From positions 30,535 to 94,534 of the forward strand of contig CAYZYG010000003.1 of the NCBI GenBank assembly GCA_964481395.1: DNA of 64,000 nucleotides. Reading direction: 5' to 3'. The stretch is from an uncultured Vicinamibacterales bacterium (GTDB taxonomy: Bacteria; Acidobacteriota; Vicinamibacteria; Vicinamibacterales; JAKQTR01). The number at the start of each line of letters is the position of its first letter. Positions within the stretch are counted from its first letter, which is position 1. The notes under the pieces were generated by a model. The model did no database searches. It saw nothing but the letters and a program-made list of their open reading frames with translations, and had not been told where the DNA came from. Positions 46,684 to 54,748 of the stretch are shown piece after piece. Position numbers and translations under genes: made by a program.

Positions 46684-49161
46684 ATGCGTACCATTCTCCG
46701 AGACGTCAGCCACTTCGGCCGGATGCTGGCGAAATCCCCAGGCTTCTTCGCCGTCGCCGTCCTCACCCTCGCCCTCGGCATCGGCGCCAACACCGCCATC
46801 TTCTCGGTCATCAACGCGATGCTGCTGCGGCCGCTGCCGTTCGCGGACCCGGACCGCCTCGTGCGTCTCTTCGAAACCGAGGCCGCCCCGGGGCTGTATC
46901 CCTTCGCCGCGCCTGACTACCTCGACTGGCAGGACCAGAACACGACGCTCGAGGGCATGGCACTGATGGGATGGCCGAACCGGCGCAATGTCAGCGGCGC
47001 CGGCGAGCCGCAGGCGGTGCTGGTGATGCCCGTCGAGGCCGACTACTTCACGGTGCTGGGTGTGCAGCCGCTCCTCGGCCGCGCCTTTGTCCCTGGCGAA
47101 GACGCCGAGGGGCGCGATAACGTCGCGGTGCTCAGCCACGGGTTCTGGCAGCGCCAGTTCGCCGGCGACCCGGGCGTCCTCTCGAAGACCATCCAGCTCA
47201 ACGCACGCACCTTCGCGATCGTCGGCGTGATGCCGCCGTCGCTGACGTACCCGAGCACCGTCGAGGTGTACACGCCGCTCGACATGTCCGTGCAGAACCT
47301 CGGGCCCCGCGGGTCGCACAGCTACCAGGCCATCGGCCGGCTGAAGCCGGGCGTGACCATCGAGCAGGCGGAGGCCGATCTCTCGGTCATCGCCGCGCGA
47401 CTCGAGGAGCAGTACCCGGCCTCGAACGAGCAGGTCGGCGCGGCCGTCCGGTCGATGAGCGAGATCCTGACGCGCAACGCGCGTGAGCCGCTGCTGATCC
47501 TGCTCGGCGCCGTGGCGCTCGTCCTGCTCGTTGCCTGCGCGAACGTCGCCAACCTGCTGCTCATCCGCGCGAGCGGCCGCCGGCGCGAGATCGCCGTCCG
47601 CCTGGCGCTCGGCGCCGGACGCGGCCGCGTCATCCGCCAGCTCCTCACGGAAAGCGTGCTCCTGGCGTCCGCAGGCGCCGCGGCGGGACTCGCCGTGGCC
47701 TGGTGGTCGCTGCGCCTGCTCGCGTCGGGCGCCGTACTGCCCGCGCCTCCGTCGGGTCCGGTGACGATCGACCTGACCGTACTCGCCTTCACCGTCGCCG
47801 CCGCCGTGGCGACGGGCCTGCTCTTCGGCCTCGCACCCGCGTTCCAGGCCACCGGCCTGACGCTGTCCGAGGAGTTGAAGGCGAGCGGCCGAACGGTGCT
47901 CGGCTTCGGCCGGCGCGGCGGGCGACTGCGCGACACGATTGCCGTAGCCGAAATCGCCGTCTCGGTCGCGCTCCTGGTCGCGGCGGGGCTTCTGCTGCGC
48001 AGCTTCGATGAGATGCGCCAGGCCGACATCGGCGTGGAGACCGAGAACGTCCTCACGCTCTCCATCAACCTGCCCGAGGCCGCGTATGCCACGCCCACGG
48101 CCCAGCGGCAGTTCTTCGACAGGCTCACGGCCGATCTGCGGGCCACGCCAGGCATCACGGCGGCCTCGCCCTCGACGCTCATCCCCCTCGAGGGCGGCAG
48201 CAACGGCTACATCACGGTGCCGGGCAGGGATGATGCCGCGCTCAGAAACCAACTGTTCGAGGTCAACTACGTCGGTTTCGACTACTTCACCGTGTACCGC
48301 ATTCCGGTCCTCCAGGGACGGACGTTCACGCCGCAGGATGAGGACGACGCCGTCCGGTTTGCCGAGCGGATCGTCGAGCTGCGCGGCATCCCCGACCCGC
48401 CTCCGGACGCGCTCCAGGATCTCCACCGCGTGGCCGTCATCAACCGCACGATGGCCGAGTTCGTGTGGCCCGGTCAGGATCCGATCGGCCGCACCTTCCT
48501 GGGCGGCGGCCAGGTTCCGGTGACGGTGATCGGCGTGGTCGGCGACGTCAGCGTGCGCGGCGTGCGCGCGGGCAACCTGCCGGGGGCCTACTACGCGTTT
48601 CCGGGCGCGCTCAGCCGGTCGGCTCCCCGCCAACTCTCGGTGAAGGCGAGCGTGCCGCCGACAGGACTGCTCGCGGCGGTCCGGCAGCGCGTGCATGGGC
48701 TCGATCCCACGCTCGCGCTCATCCGGCCGAGGACGATGGACGAGGTCGTGGCGGACGGGATGGAGGACACCAGCGTCCAGACGGGGCTGCTGGGCGTGTT
48801 CGCGGCGCTGGCGGTGCTCCTGGCCTGCGTGGGCCTCTACAGCGTGATGGCGTTCCTCGTGGCGCAGCGGACGCACGAGATCGGGATCCGCACCGCGCTT
48901 GGCGCCGGGCCCGGCGATCTCATGCGCCTCGTCTACCGGCACAGCGTGCGGCTGATCGTCATCGGCCTGGCGGCGGGCATCGGCGGGGCGCTGTGGCTGA
49001 CGCGTCTGCTGCAGAGCCAGCTCTACGGCGTGGCGCCGAACGACCCGGCGACATTCGTCGTGGCCGCTGCGCTCCTCACGCTGGTCGCGCTCGCCGCGTG
49101 CGGCCTGCCCGCCTGGCGCGCCACTCGCGTCAGCCCCATCGTCGCGCTGCGCTACGAGTAG
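46684..49161 (+). CDS. ADOP-family MacB-like permease (no prefix domain, no adjacent regulator)
   Basis: Start trimmed to MRTILRDVSHFGRMLAKSPGFFAVAVLTLALGIGANTAIFSVINAMLLRPLPF. Two FtsX modules. Ends ...PIVALRYE. Confidence 0.9.
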   Translation: MRTILRDVSHFGRMLAKSPGFFAVAVLTLALGIGANTAIFSVINAMLLRPLPFADPDRLVRLFETEAAPGLYPFAAPDYLDWQDQNTTLEGMALMGWPNRRNVSGAGEPQAVLVMPVEADYFTVLGVQPLLGRAFVPGEDAEGRDNVAVLSHGFWQRQFAGDPGVLSKTIQLNARTFAIVGVMPPSLTYPSTVEVYTPLDMSVQNLGPRGSHSYQAIGRLKPGVTIEQAEADLSVIAARLEEQYPASNEQVGAAVRSMSEILTRNAREPLLILLGAVALVLLVACANVANLLLIRASGRRREIAVRLALGAGRGRVIRQLLTESVLLASAGAAAGLAVAWWSLRLLASGAVLPAPPSGPVTIDLTVLAFTVAAAVATGLLFGLAPAFQATGLTLSEELKASGRTVLGFGRRGGRLRDTIAVAEIAVSVALLVAAGLLLRSFDEMRQADIGVETENVLTLSINLPEAAYATPTAQRQFFDRLTADLRATPGITAASPSTLIPLEGGSNGYITVPGRDDAALRNQLFEVNYVGFDYFTVYRIPVLQGRTFTPQDEDDAVRFAERIVELRGIPDPPPDALQDLHRVAVINRTMAEFVWPGQDPIGRTFLGGGQVPVTVIGVVGDVSVRGVRAGNLPGAYYAFPGALSRSAPRQLSVKASVPPTGLLAAVRQRVHGLDPTLALIRPRTMDEVVADGMEDTSVQTGLLGVFAALAVLLACVGLYSVMAFLVAQRTHEIGIRTALGAGPGDLMRLVYRHSVRLIVIGLAAGIGGALWLTRLLQSQLYGVAPNDPATFVVAAALLTLVALAACGLPAWRATRVSPIVALRYE

Positions 49162-49287
49162 GGCAGGGCCGGAAACGGACCGGGCCGGCCTCCACGGCCG
49201 GCCCGGATGCCTGCTGTCGGTCGTACCGATTTCACCGCCGAGCGGGTGGCGCCGGACGGGCGCCCGCCACGGCGCCAGGTTTCAGCG

Positions 49288-50604
49288 TTACTTCGGCTGG
49301 CCGCCCTTGAGCTGCGCCAGCGCTGCCTTCAGGTCCTTCCGCTTCATCGACAGCATCTTCACGTCCTGGTCGATCTTCGCCAGCGTCTCCGCGTCGGTGG
49401 TGCTGGCGCGCTTGGCCTCGAGCATCTCGATCTTCTGCGAGACCTTCGCAATCATCTCTTCGACCGCTGCCGGGTCGCTCAGATTCACGGTGACCGGGGC
49501 CGGAGGGACGCTCTCCTTGAGCTGCTTCATCTTCAGCTCGATCTCCTTTTTCAGCGTCGGATCGCTGGTGGCGTTGTACTTTTCCTCGAGCGCCTTCAGC
49601 TTGGCGTCCAATTCCGCCTTGGTGATCTTCTTTTCGGCGACTTTCTTCTCCGTCGGCGTCGCGGTCTTCTGCGCCTCGGCCTGGTACTCGGGCGCCGACG
49701 GCTCGGCCGTCCACGCCGGGGCCAGCATGTCGGGCCCCACCTGATCGTCCACGGCGACGACCCGCGGCTCGCCGTAGGCCGCAACGAGCAGGGCGAGCGC
49801 AGGCAGGATGAGCAGGTACTTGGCGGTGGTCCAGCGGCCGGAGTGTCGGGTCATCATGTCGAGTCTCCTTCGAATCTGCGAGTGATGGAACTGGTGCGCC
49901 AGCGCCAGCGGGCCGGCGCCGAACTGCTGGGTGAGCAGGAGGTGCGCGTATGCGGTCCGGTCGTGCCCCTGATTCAGGACCTCCCGGTCGGCGAGGAACT
50001 CGTGCAGGTCGGTGATCGCGCGCCGGTAGCCCCAGACGATCGGGTTGAACCACTGGAACACCCCGGCGAGGTGCACGAGCACGACGTCGATCGAGTGGCC
50101 CTGCCGGATATGGGTACGCTCGTGCGCGACCACCTGGGCCAGCGCCTCCTCATCGCCCTCAGACGGGCGGGGCACGAAGACGGTCCGGAAGAACGAGAAC
50201 GGCGCGCCGTCGTCTTCGAGGTACACGACGCGCAATCCGTCCGCCAGGACGACGGGCTCTCGGCTCGACAGGCGGGCCAGCCGCGAGAGCCGCCAGCCGA
50301 GGCGGACGAGCATGAGGCCCGCACCCAGCAGGTAGAGCCCCACGACAACCTGGAGCCAGTCGACGCCGCCCGCAGGCATCGGCACGCCCCCGACAGTCTG
50401 CACGGCCGCCGGCGATGCGGCGATGGTGCGGAACGGCGATGGCAGATCGATGAGCGGCAGGGCGAACGCCAGCACGATCGACCCCACGAGATAGACACGG
50501 TTCAGGTGGAAGTGCGTGTCGTGCCGGAGGAACGTCCGGTGGACCAGGTAGAAGACCGCCAGCGCGACGGCGGTCTCGGCAAGGTACGCTGGTACGCCGC
50601 TCAT
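49288..50604 (-). CDS. BlaR1/MecR1-type M56 peptidase signal transducer with a Lys/Glu-rich coiled-coil C-terminal domain instead of a penicillin-binding sensor
   Basis: TM helices. HEXXH as VVAHERTHIRQGH. LHEFLADRE. C-terminal 140 aa TEKKVAEKKITKAELDAKLKALEEKYN...KMKQLKE...KRKDLKAALAQLK. Local GC is visibly lower than the surroundings. Confidence 0.85.
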   Translation of the reverse strand: MSGVPAYLAETAVALAVFYLVHRTFLRHDTHFHLNRVYLVGSIVLAFALPLIDLPSPFRTIAASPAAVQTVGGVPMPAGGVDWLQVVVGLYLLGAGLMLVRLGWRLSRLARLSSREPVVLADGLRVVYLEDDGAPFSFFRTVFVPRPSEGDEEALAQVVAHERTHIRQGHSIDVVLVHLAGVFQWFNPIVWGYRRAITDLHEFLADREVLNQGHDRTAYAHLLLTQQFGAGPLALAHQFHHSQIRRRLDMMTRHSGRWTTAKYLLILPALALLVAAYGEPRVVAVDDQVGPDMLAPAWTAEPSAPEYQAEAQKTATPTEKKVAEKKITKAELDAKLKALEEKYNATSDPTLKKEIELKMKQLKESVPPAPVTVNLSDPAAVEEMIAKVSQKIEMLEAKRASTTDAETLAKIDQDVKMLSMKRKDLKAALAQLKGGQPK

Positions 50605-50984
50605 CGTCGTGTTCCTTTCTTGCGGGCGATCTCGTCGCCCAGCAACGCCTTGATCGCCTCGAGATCGTCGAGTGACAGCTGCCGGTCCTGGGCGAAGAAC
50701 GACACCAGCTCCTGGGGCGAGTTGCCGAAGAACCGGTCGACGAAACTGTGCAGGTAGCTCCGCCGATACTCGTTCATCGAGACCAGCGGGAAGTACTCGT
50801 GGGTCTTGCCGTAGGCCTTGTAGGAGACGAACCCCTTCTTTTCCAGGATGCGGACGATGGTGGAGACCGTGTTGTAGGCCGGCTGGGGTTCGGGCAGCTC
50901 GGCCAGGATGTCCTTGACCAGACCTCGCCCGAGACGCCAGAGGACCTGCATGATCTGCTCCTCGGCTCTGGTGAGTTCCCTCAT
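50601..50984 (-). CDS. BlaI/MecI/CopY-family transcriptional repressor
   Basis: Start trimmed to MRELTRAEEQIMQVLWRLGRGLVKDILAELPEPQPAYNTVSTIVRILEKKGFV. The stop overlaps the blaR1-like start (ATGA). Confidence 0.9.
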   Translation of the reverse strand: MRELTRAEEQIMQVLWRLGRGLVKDILAELPEPQPAYNTVSTIVRILEKKGFVSYKAYGKTHEYFPLVSMNEYRRSYLHSFVDRFFGNSPQELVSFFAQDRQLSLDDLEAIKALLGDEIARKKGTRR

Positions 50985-51006
50985 GCCGCCAATGTCTAAC
51001 GAAATC

Positions 51007-51024
51007 CTTAGTTTGTCAACTAAG
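51007..51024. promoter_or_regulatory. Perfect 7-4-7 palindrome CTTAGTT-TGTC-AACTAAG, plus a third TTAGTT half-site at 51028-51033, in the AT-rich divergent region between the BlaI-like gene and an ADOP permease; candidate BlaI operator
   Basis: Read directly. It lies 23-40 nt upstream of the BlaI start and 100 nt upstream of the ADOP ATG. The flanking TTACA resembles BlaI/MecI TACA/TGTA half-sites. Confidence 0.5.
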
Positions 51025-51123
51025 TTTTTAGTTACATTTCCCTTCCGAAGGTTTTCCGAAGACTGGCGCCCCCGCCTCATCGACGCCAAAACTCCGTTGC
51101 CGCCGTTTCCGTCCAATACGGGC

Positions 51124-53661
51124 ATGGCCTTCGACACCCTTCGGCAGGACGTTCGCTACGCGGTTCGGAGCCTCCTCAGAGCGCCGGCGTTCGCGATCGT
51201 CACGATCCTGACGCTGGCTCTGGGGATTGGCGCCAACTCCGCCATCTTCTCCATCGTCAACGGCGTCATCCTCCGGCCCCTGGACTACCCGAAGCCGGAT
51301 CAGTTGATGTATCTGACCACCGCGTTCCCGAACCTCGGGTTCGATCAGTTCTGGGTGTCGCCGCCCGAGTTCTTCGAGTTCCAGGAGCTGAACCAGTCGT
51401 TCTCCGAGGTGGGCGCCTTCAGGACGGGCGAGGTGAACCTCACTGCCGGCGACCGGCCGCTGCGGGTGCGGTCGGCCTCCGTCTCGGATGAACTCCTCCG
51501 GGTGCTCGGGGCCAGGCCTGCCGAAGGCCGGCTCTTCGCCGAGGGCGAGACCGACGCCGCCGGCCCGGCGCCGGCCCCAGGCGCGCCTCCGCCCCAGCCG
51601 CCCGCGATCGCCATCCTTTCGCATGAGCTGTGGCAGTCGTCGTTCGGTGGACAGCCGATGGTCGGGCAGATGGTCGAGATCAACGGCGTGCGACGCGAGG
51701 TCATCGGGATCCTCGAACCCGGCGTCGATGTCATGGACAGCCGCGCGCAGGTCTGGCTGCCGCTGGGTCTCAACCCGGGGAACCGACAGAACCGCGGGAA
51801 TCACTTTCTGTATCTGGTTGGCCGCCTGAAGGACGGCGTGACGCAGGTGCAGGCGCAGACCGAGCTGGCCTCACTGCTGCAGAACTGGGGCGAGCGCGTC
51901 GGCGTGACGCAGCACGTCTTCAGGCCCGCGCCTCCCCCCGGATCCTCGGACGCCGCGCGACCCGGCGCGGGTCACGTCCTTCAGATGAAACCCGTGCAGG
52001 ACGAAATCGTCGGCGCGGCTGGCCGCGTGATCTGGGTGCTGCAGGCGGCCGTCGCGCTCATTCTGCTGATCGCGTGCGCGAACCTCGCCAACCTCATGCT
52101 GGCGCGCGGCGAAAGCCGGCGCCGCGAGTTTGCCGTGCGGGCGGCGCTCGGCGCGGGTCAGGGCCGCCTGCTGCGCCAGTTCCTGACCGAAGGCGTGCTG
52201 CTGTCGCTGGCGGGCGGAGCCGTGGGCGTCCTGCTGGCGCGCGTCGGCGTCCAGGCGCTCGTTCACCAGTATCCCGACAGCCTGCCCCGGACGGGCAACA
52301 TCGGCGTCGATGCCACGGTGCTCCTGTTCACGCTTGGCCTGTCTGTCGTCACCGGCATCGTGTTCGGCCTGGCGCCGCTGATGCAGACCCGCGCGCGGGG
52401 ACTCGTGACCGCGCTGAAGGAGGGGACGAGAGGGTCCAGCGGGACGCTCCGCCACCACGTGCGCCGTGGGCTCGTGATGGCTGAAGTCGCCATGGCCGTG
52501 ATGCTCGTCATCGGCGCGGGCCTTCTGCTCCGCACGGTCTACAACCTCGTGAACGTCGACGCGGGCTTCGAACGGTCGCGGCTGGTGACCTTCTCGATGT
52601 CCCTGCCGCCCACCAGCTACCCGCAGCCGGCAACGCGCGCCCAACTGTACGGGCGCCTGCTCGACCGCCTGCAGGAGATTCCTGGCGTGTCGTCCGCGTC
52701 GGCGATGACAGGCCTTCCACCCGATCGGCCGGTGGATGCCAACGATACCGACATCGACGGCTACACCGCGCCGCCCGAGGGCCCGTTCGAGAACGTCGAC
52801 TACTACCAGTTCGTGATGGCGGACTACTTCGAGACGATGGGCATTCCCATCGTGCAGGGCCGCGGATTCGAGGCCGCGGACGCGGCGTCGAGCGGCCTCG
52901 TGGCGGTCGTCAACGAAACGCTCGCACGCACATTCTGGAAGGACCGCAACCCGATCGGGCAGCGGCTGAAGCCGGGATTCGGCGATCAGATCCCCTGGTT
53001 CACCGTCGTCGGCGTGGCGCGGGATGTGAAGCAGGGCGGCGTCGACGACAAGACCGGCACGGAGTTCTACTTCTTCGTGGACCAGGCGGCGAATGCCCCG
53101 GGTCCGCTGGCTACGGCGCCCGCGTCGATGAACGTCGTGATGCGCACGACACTGCCGGCTGGGGCGCTGGCGACCGCGGTCGAGCAGGCGGTGCGGGAGG
53201 CCGATCCGAGCGTGCCGGTCGTGCGCCTGCGCGAAATGGAGGACGTCTTCGCCGAGTCGATCAGCCGGCCGCGACTGCTCGCGCAGTTGCTCGGAGGGTT
53301 CGCCGGCCTCGCGCTGCTGCTCGCGGCCATCGGCACGTTCGGCGTCCTGTCCTACATGGTCACCGAGCGTCGCCGCGAGATCGGCATCCGCATGGCCCTC
53401 GGCGCGAACCAGGGCCGCGTCATCGGCCTCGTCGTCCGCCAGGGCCTGATCGTGGTGGGCGTCGGTCTGGCCGCGGGCCTCGCCGGCGCGCTGGGGCTGA
53501 ACCGGCTGTTCGCCTCGCTGCTGTTCGGCGTGAGCGCGACCGATCCGACGACGTTCGTGGCCGTGGCCGCGACGATCGGTCTCGTCGCCGCGCTCGCGTG
53601 CTGGCTCCCCGCGTGGCGGGCCTCGCGCGTGGAGCCCACGGTCGTGCTCAGGGACGAGTAG
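51124..53661 (+). CDS. ADOP-family MacB-like permease
   Basis: Start trimmed to MAFDTLRQDVRYAVRSLLRAPAFAIVTILTLALGIGANSAIFSIVNGVILRPL. Two FtsX modules. Ends ...PTVVLRDE. Confidence 0.9.
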   Translation: MAFDTLRQDVRYAVRSLLRAPAFAIVTILTLALGIGANSAIFSIVNGVILRPLDYPKPDQLMYLTTAFPNLGFDQFWVSPPEFFEFQELNQSFSEVGAFRTGEVNLTAGDRPLRVRSASVSDELLRVLGARPAEGRLFAEGETDAAGPAPAPGAPPPQPPAIAILSHELWQSSFGGQPMVGQMVEINGVRREVIGILEPGVDVMDSRAQVWLPLGLNPGNRQNRGNHFLYLVGRLKDGVTQVQAQTELASLLQNWGERVGVTQHVFRPAPPPGSSDAARPGAGHVLQMKPVQDEIVGAAGRVIWVLQAAVALILLIACANLANLMLARGESRRREFAVRAALGAGQGRLLRQFLTEGVLLSLAGGAVGVLLARVGVQALVHQYPDSLPRTGNIGVDATVLLFTLGLSVVTGIVFGLAPLMQTRARGLVTALKEGTRGSSGTLRHHVRRGLVMAEVAMAVMLVIGAGLLLRTVYNLVNVDAGFERSRLVTFSMSLPPTSYPQPATRAQLYGRLLDRLQEIPGVSSASAMTGLPPDRPVDANDTDIDGYTAPPEGPFENVDYYQFVMADYFETMGIPIVQGRGFEAADAASSGLVAVVNETLARTFWKDRNPIGQRLKPGFGDQIPWFTVVGVARDVKQGGVDDKTGTEFYFFVDQAANAPGPLATAPASMNVVMRTTLPAGALATAVEQAVREADPSVPVVRLREMEDVFAESISRPRLLAQLLGGFAGLALLLAAIGTFGVLSYMVTERRREIGIRMALGANQGRVIGLVVRQGLIVVGVGLAAGLAGALGLNRLFASLLFGVSATDPTTFVAVAATIGLVAALACWLPAWRASRVEPTVVLRDE

Positions 53662-53683
53662 CCGCGGGGCGGGGGCGACCTGA

Positions 53684-53714
53684 GGTGCAGCTCCGGTAGA
53701 ATGGGTGCTGCACC
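53684..53714 (+). terminator. Hairpin (8-bp stem GGTGCAGC/GCTGCACC, 15-nt loop) 22 nt after the ADOP stop; the loop carries a GGTAGAATG -10-like box (53697-53702)
   Basis: Read directly. It is ambiguous whether this acts as a terminator, as the promoter for 53782..54423, or as both. Confidence 0.3.
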
Positions 53715-53781
53715 CTCAATCTGAACGGTCGCGGACTCCGGCTGAGTGGCACCGGCCGTCCGCGTGTCCCGGGAGCCCCCG

Positions 53782-54423
53782 ATGCCCGACTGGGTCTGGA
53801 TTGGCGTTATCATCGTCGCCCTGATCGCCGGAGCGCTTGTCCGTGAGCACTGGCGCCTCAGGGCGCTGGAATCGTGGAGCCGCACGCGCGGGTTCACGCT
53901 GCATCGCCCGTTCAAGCCTGGTGATCACCCGGAGATTGCCGCCCTCGGATCGAGGTTCAGCGGCCGTGACAACATGCGCTGGGCCACCGGCGCCTCGGGA
54001 TGGGCGGCGGACACGAAAGTCACCGTCGCCGAGTTCGAGTACACGCCGACGGGCCGGAAGACCGGCATCTGGTTCACGCTCGTCGCCTGGGCCGTTCGCG
54101 GCCCAGCCGGCCCGCTCACCCTCACGCCACGGGGCCGCAACGTCATCGACTCGGCGGTGAGCGCGGTCATGGGGCGTTCGGACGCGGACTCCGCCGGTCT
54201 GCAGATCACCACCGACGGAGCGCTCGTCGTCCACGGCGAGCCCGCCGTCCGCGAGGCCTGGCTGACCGACGACCGCCGGCGCGCCCTCGAGGCGTGGCCG
54301 CACGGCGGACAGTTCGTCGTGATGGACGGGTGGGCCGGCTGGAAGACCGAAGGCCTCATCACCCCCGCCCGCGTGGACGATCTACTCGCGCACGTCGCCG
54401 AGATTCGGCCGGTGCTGGACTAG
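53782..54423 (+). CDS. Hypothetical single-pass membrane protein
   Basis: MPDWVWIGVIIVALIAGALV TM helix, then a 190-aa soluble domain with ordinary composition. No family recognised. Confidence 0.5.
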   Translation: MPDWVWIGVIIVALIAGALVREHWRLRALESWSRTRGFTLHRPFKPGDHPEIAALGSRFSGRDNMRWATGASGWAADTKVTVAEFEYTPTGRKTGIWFTLVAWAVRGPAGPLTLTPRGRNVIDSAVSAVMGRSDADSAGLQITTDGALVVHGEPAVREAWLTDDRRRALEAWPHGGQFVVMDGWAGWKTEGLITPARVDDLLAHVAEIRPVLD

Positions 54424-54524
54424 CGGCCCGTATCGGCTGAATCAATCGCGGCCTCCGGGCGGGGCATCCCGTCTGGCGGCGTTGCTCCTCCTTCGAATAC
54501 TCGCAGTAATCTCGGTCGTCACGC

Positions 54525-54690
54525 CTGGTATACACTCCCGCGCATGCCCCGCGCGGATCTCACCGTGCGCGTGACCGCCGGCCTGGCCGCCGGCGGCTCC
54601 TCTCGATTCCCGGGCGCCGAAGCCTCGGCGCAGCGGGATGCTCCTGACCGCGTCCGCCGGCGCGGACCTGTCGTCGAGGTACTGACGCCG
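54525..54690 (+). pseudogene. Internally deleted ghost copy (5' ~110 nt plus 3' ~60 nt) of a paralog of the esterase gene at 58771..60471, retaining the promoter-like box and ATG
   Basis: CTGGTATACACT..GCGCATG..CCCGC, TCTCGATTC..G.GCGCCGAAGCC and GGATGCT..TGACCGCG.C.GCCGGCGCGGACCTGTCGT.G.GGTACTGACGCCG align to 58753-58867 and 60419-60476. The junction is near 54632. The original stop is out of frame with the ATG. Confidence 0.6.
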
Positions 54691-54748
54691 ACACGGGCGT
54701 GCGCCAGGGGCCGGATCGAGAGGCGGCGCCTTCGGGCAAGGGGGCGGC

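Noticed and set aside
46624-48942. 772-aa minus-strand ORF, and similar ORFs at 5041..7041, 51028..51804 and 62..63 kb
   Set aside because: They are antisense to the ADOP permease genes, which have clear TM/FtsX architecture. These are typical shadow ORFs.
54424-54748. Cobalamin riboswitch upstream of the B12-radical SAM gene (also considered upstream of the TonB receptor, 19750-19930)
   Set aside because: No B12-box-like core (GCCACTG) or the usual conserved stems could be found by eye. Homology to the esterase gene ends explains the region instead. A covariance-model scan would be needed to be certain.
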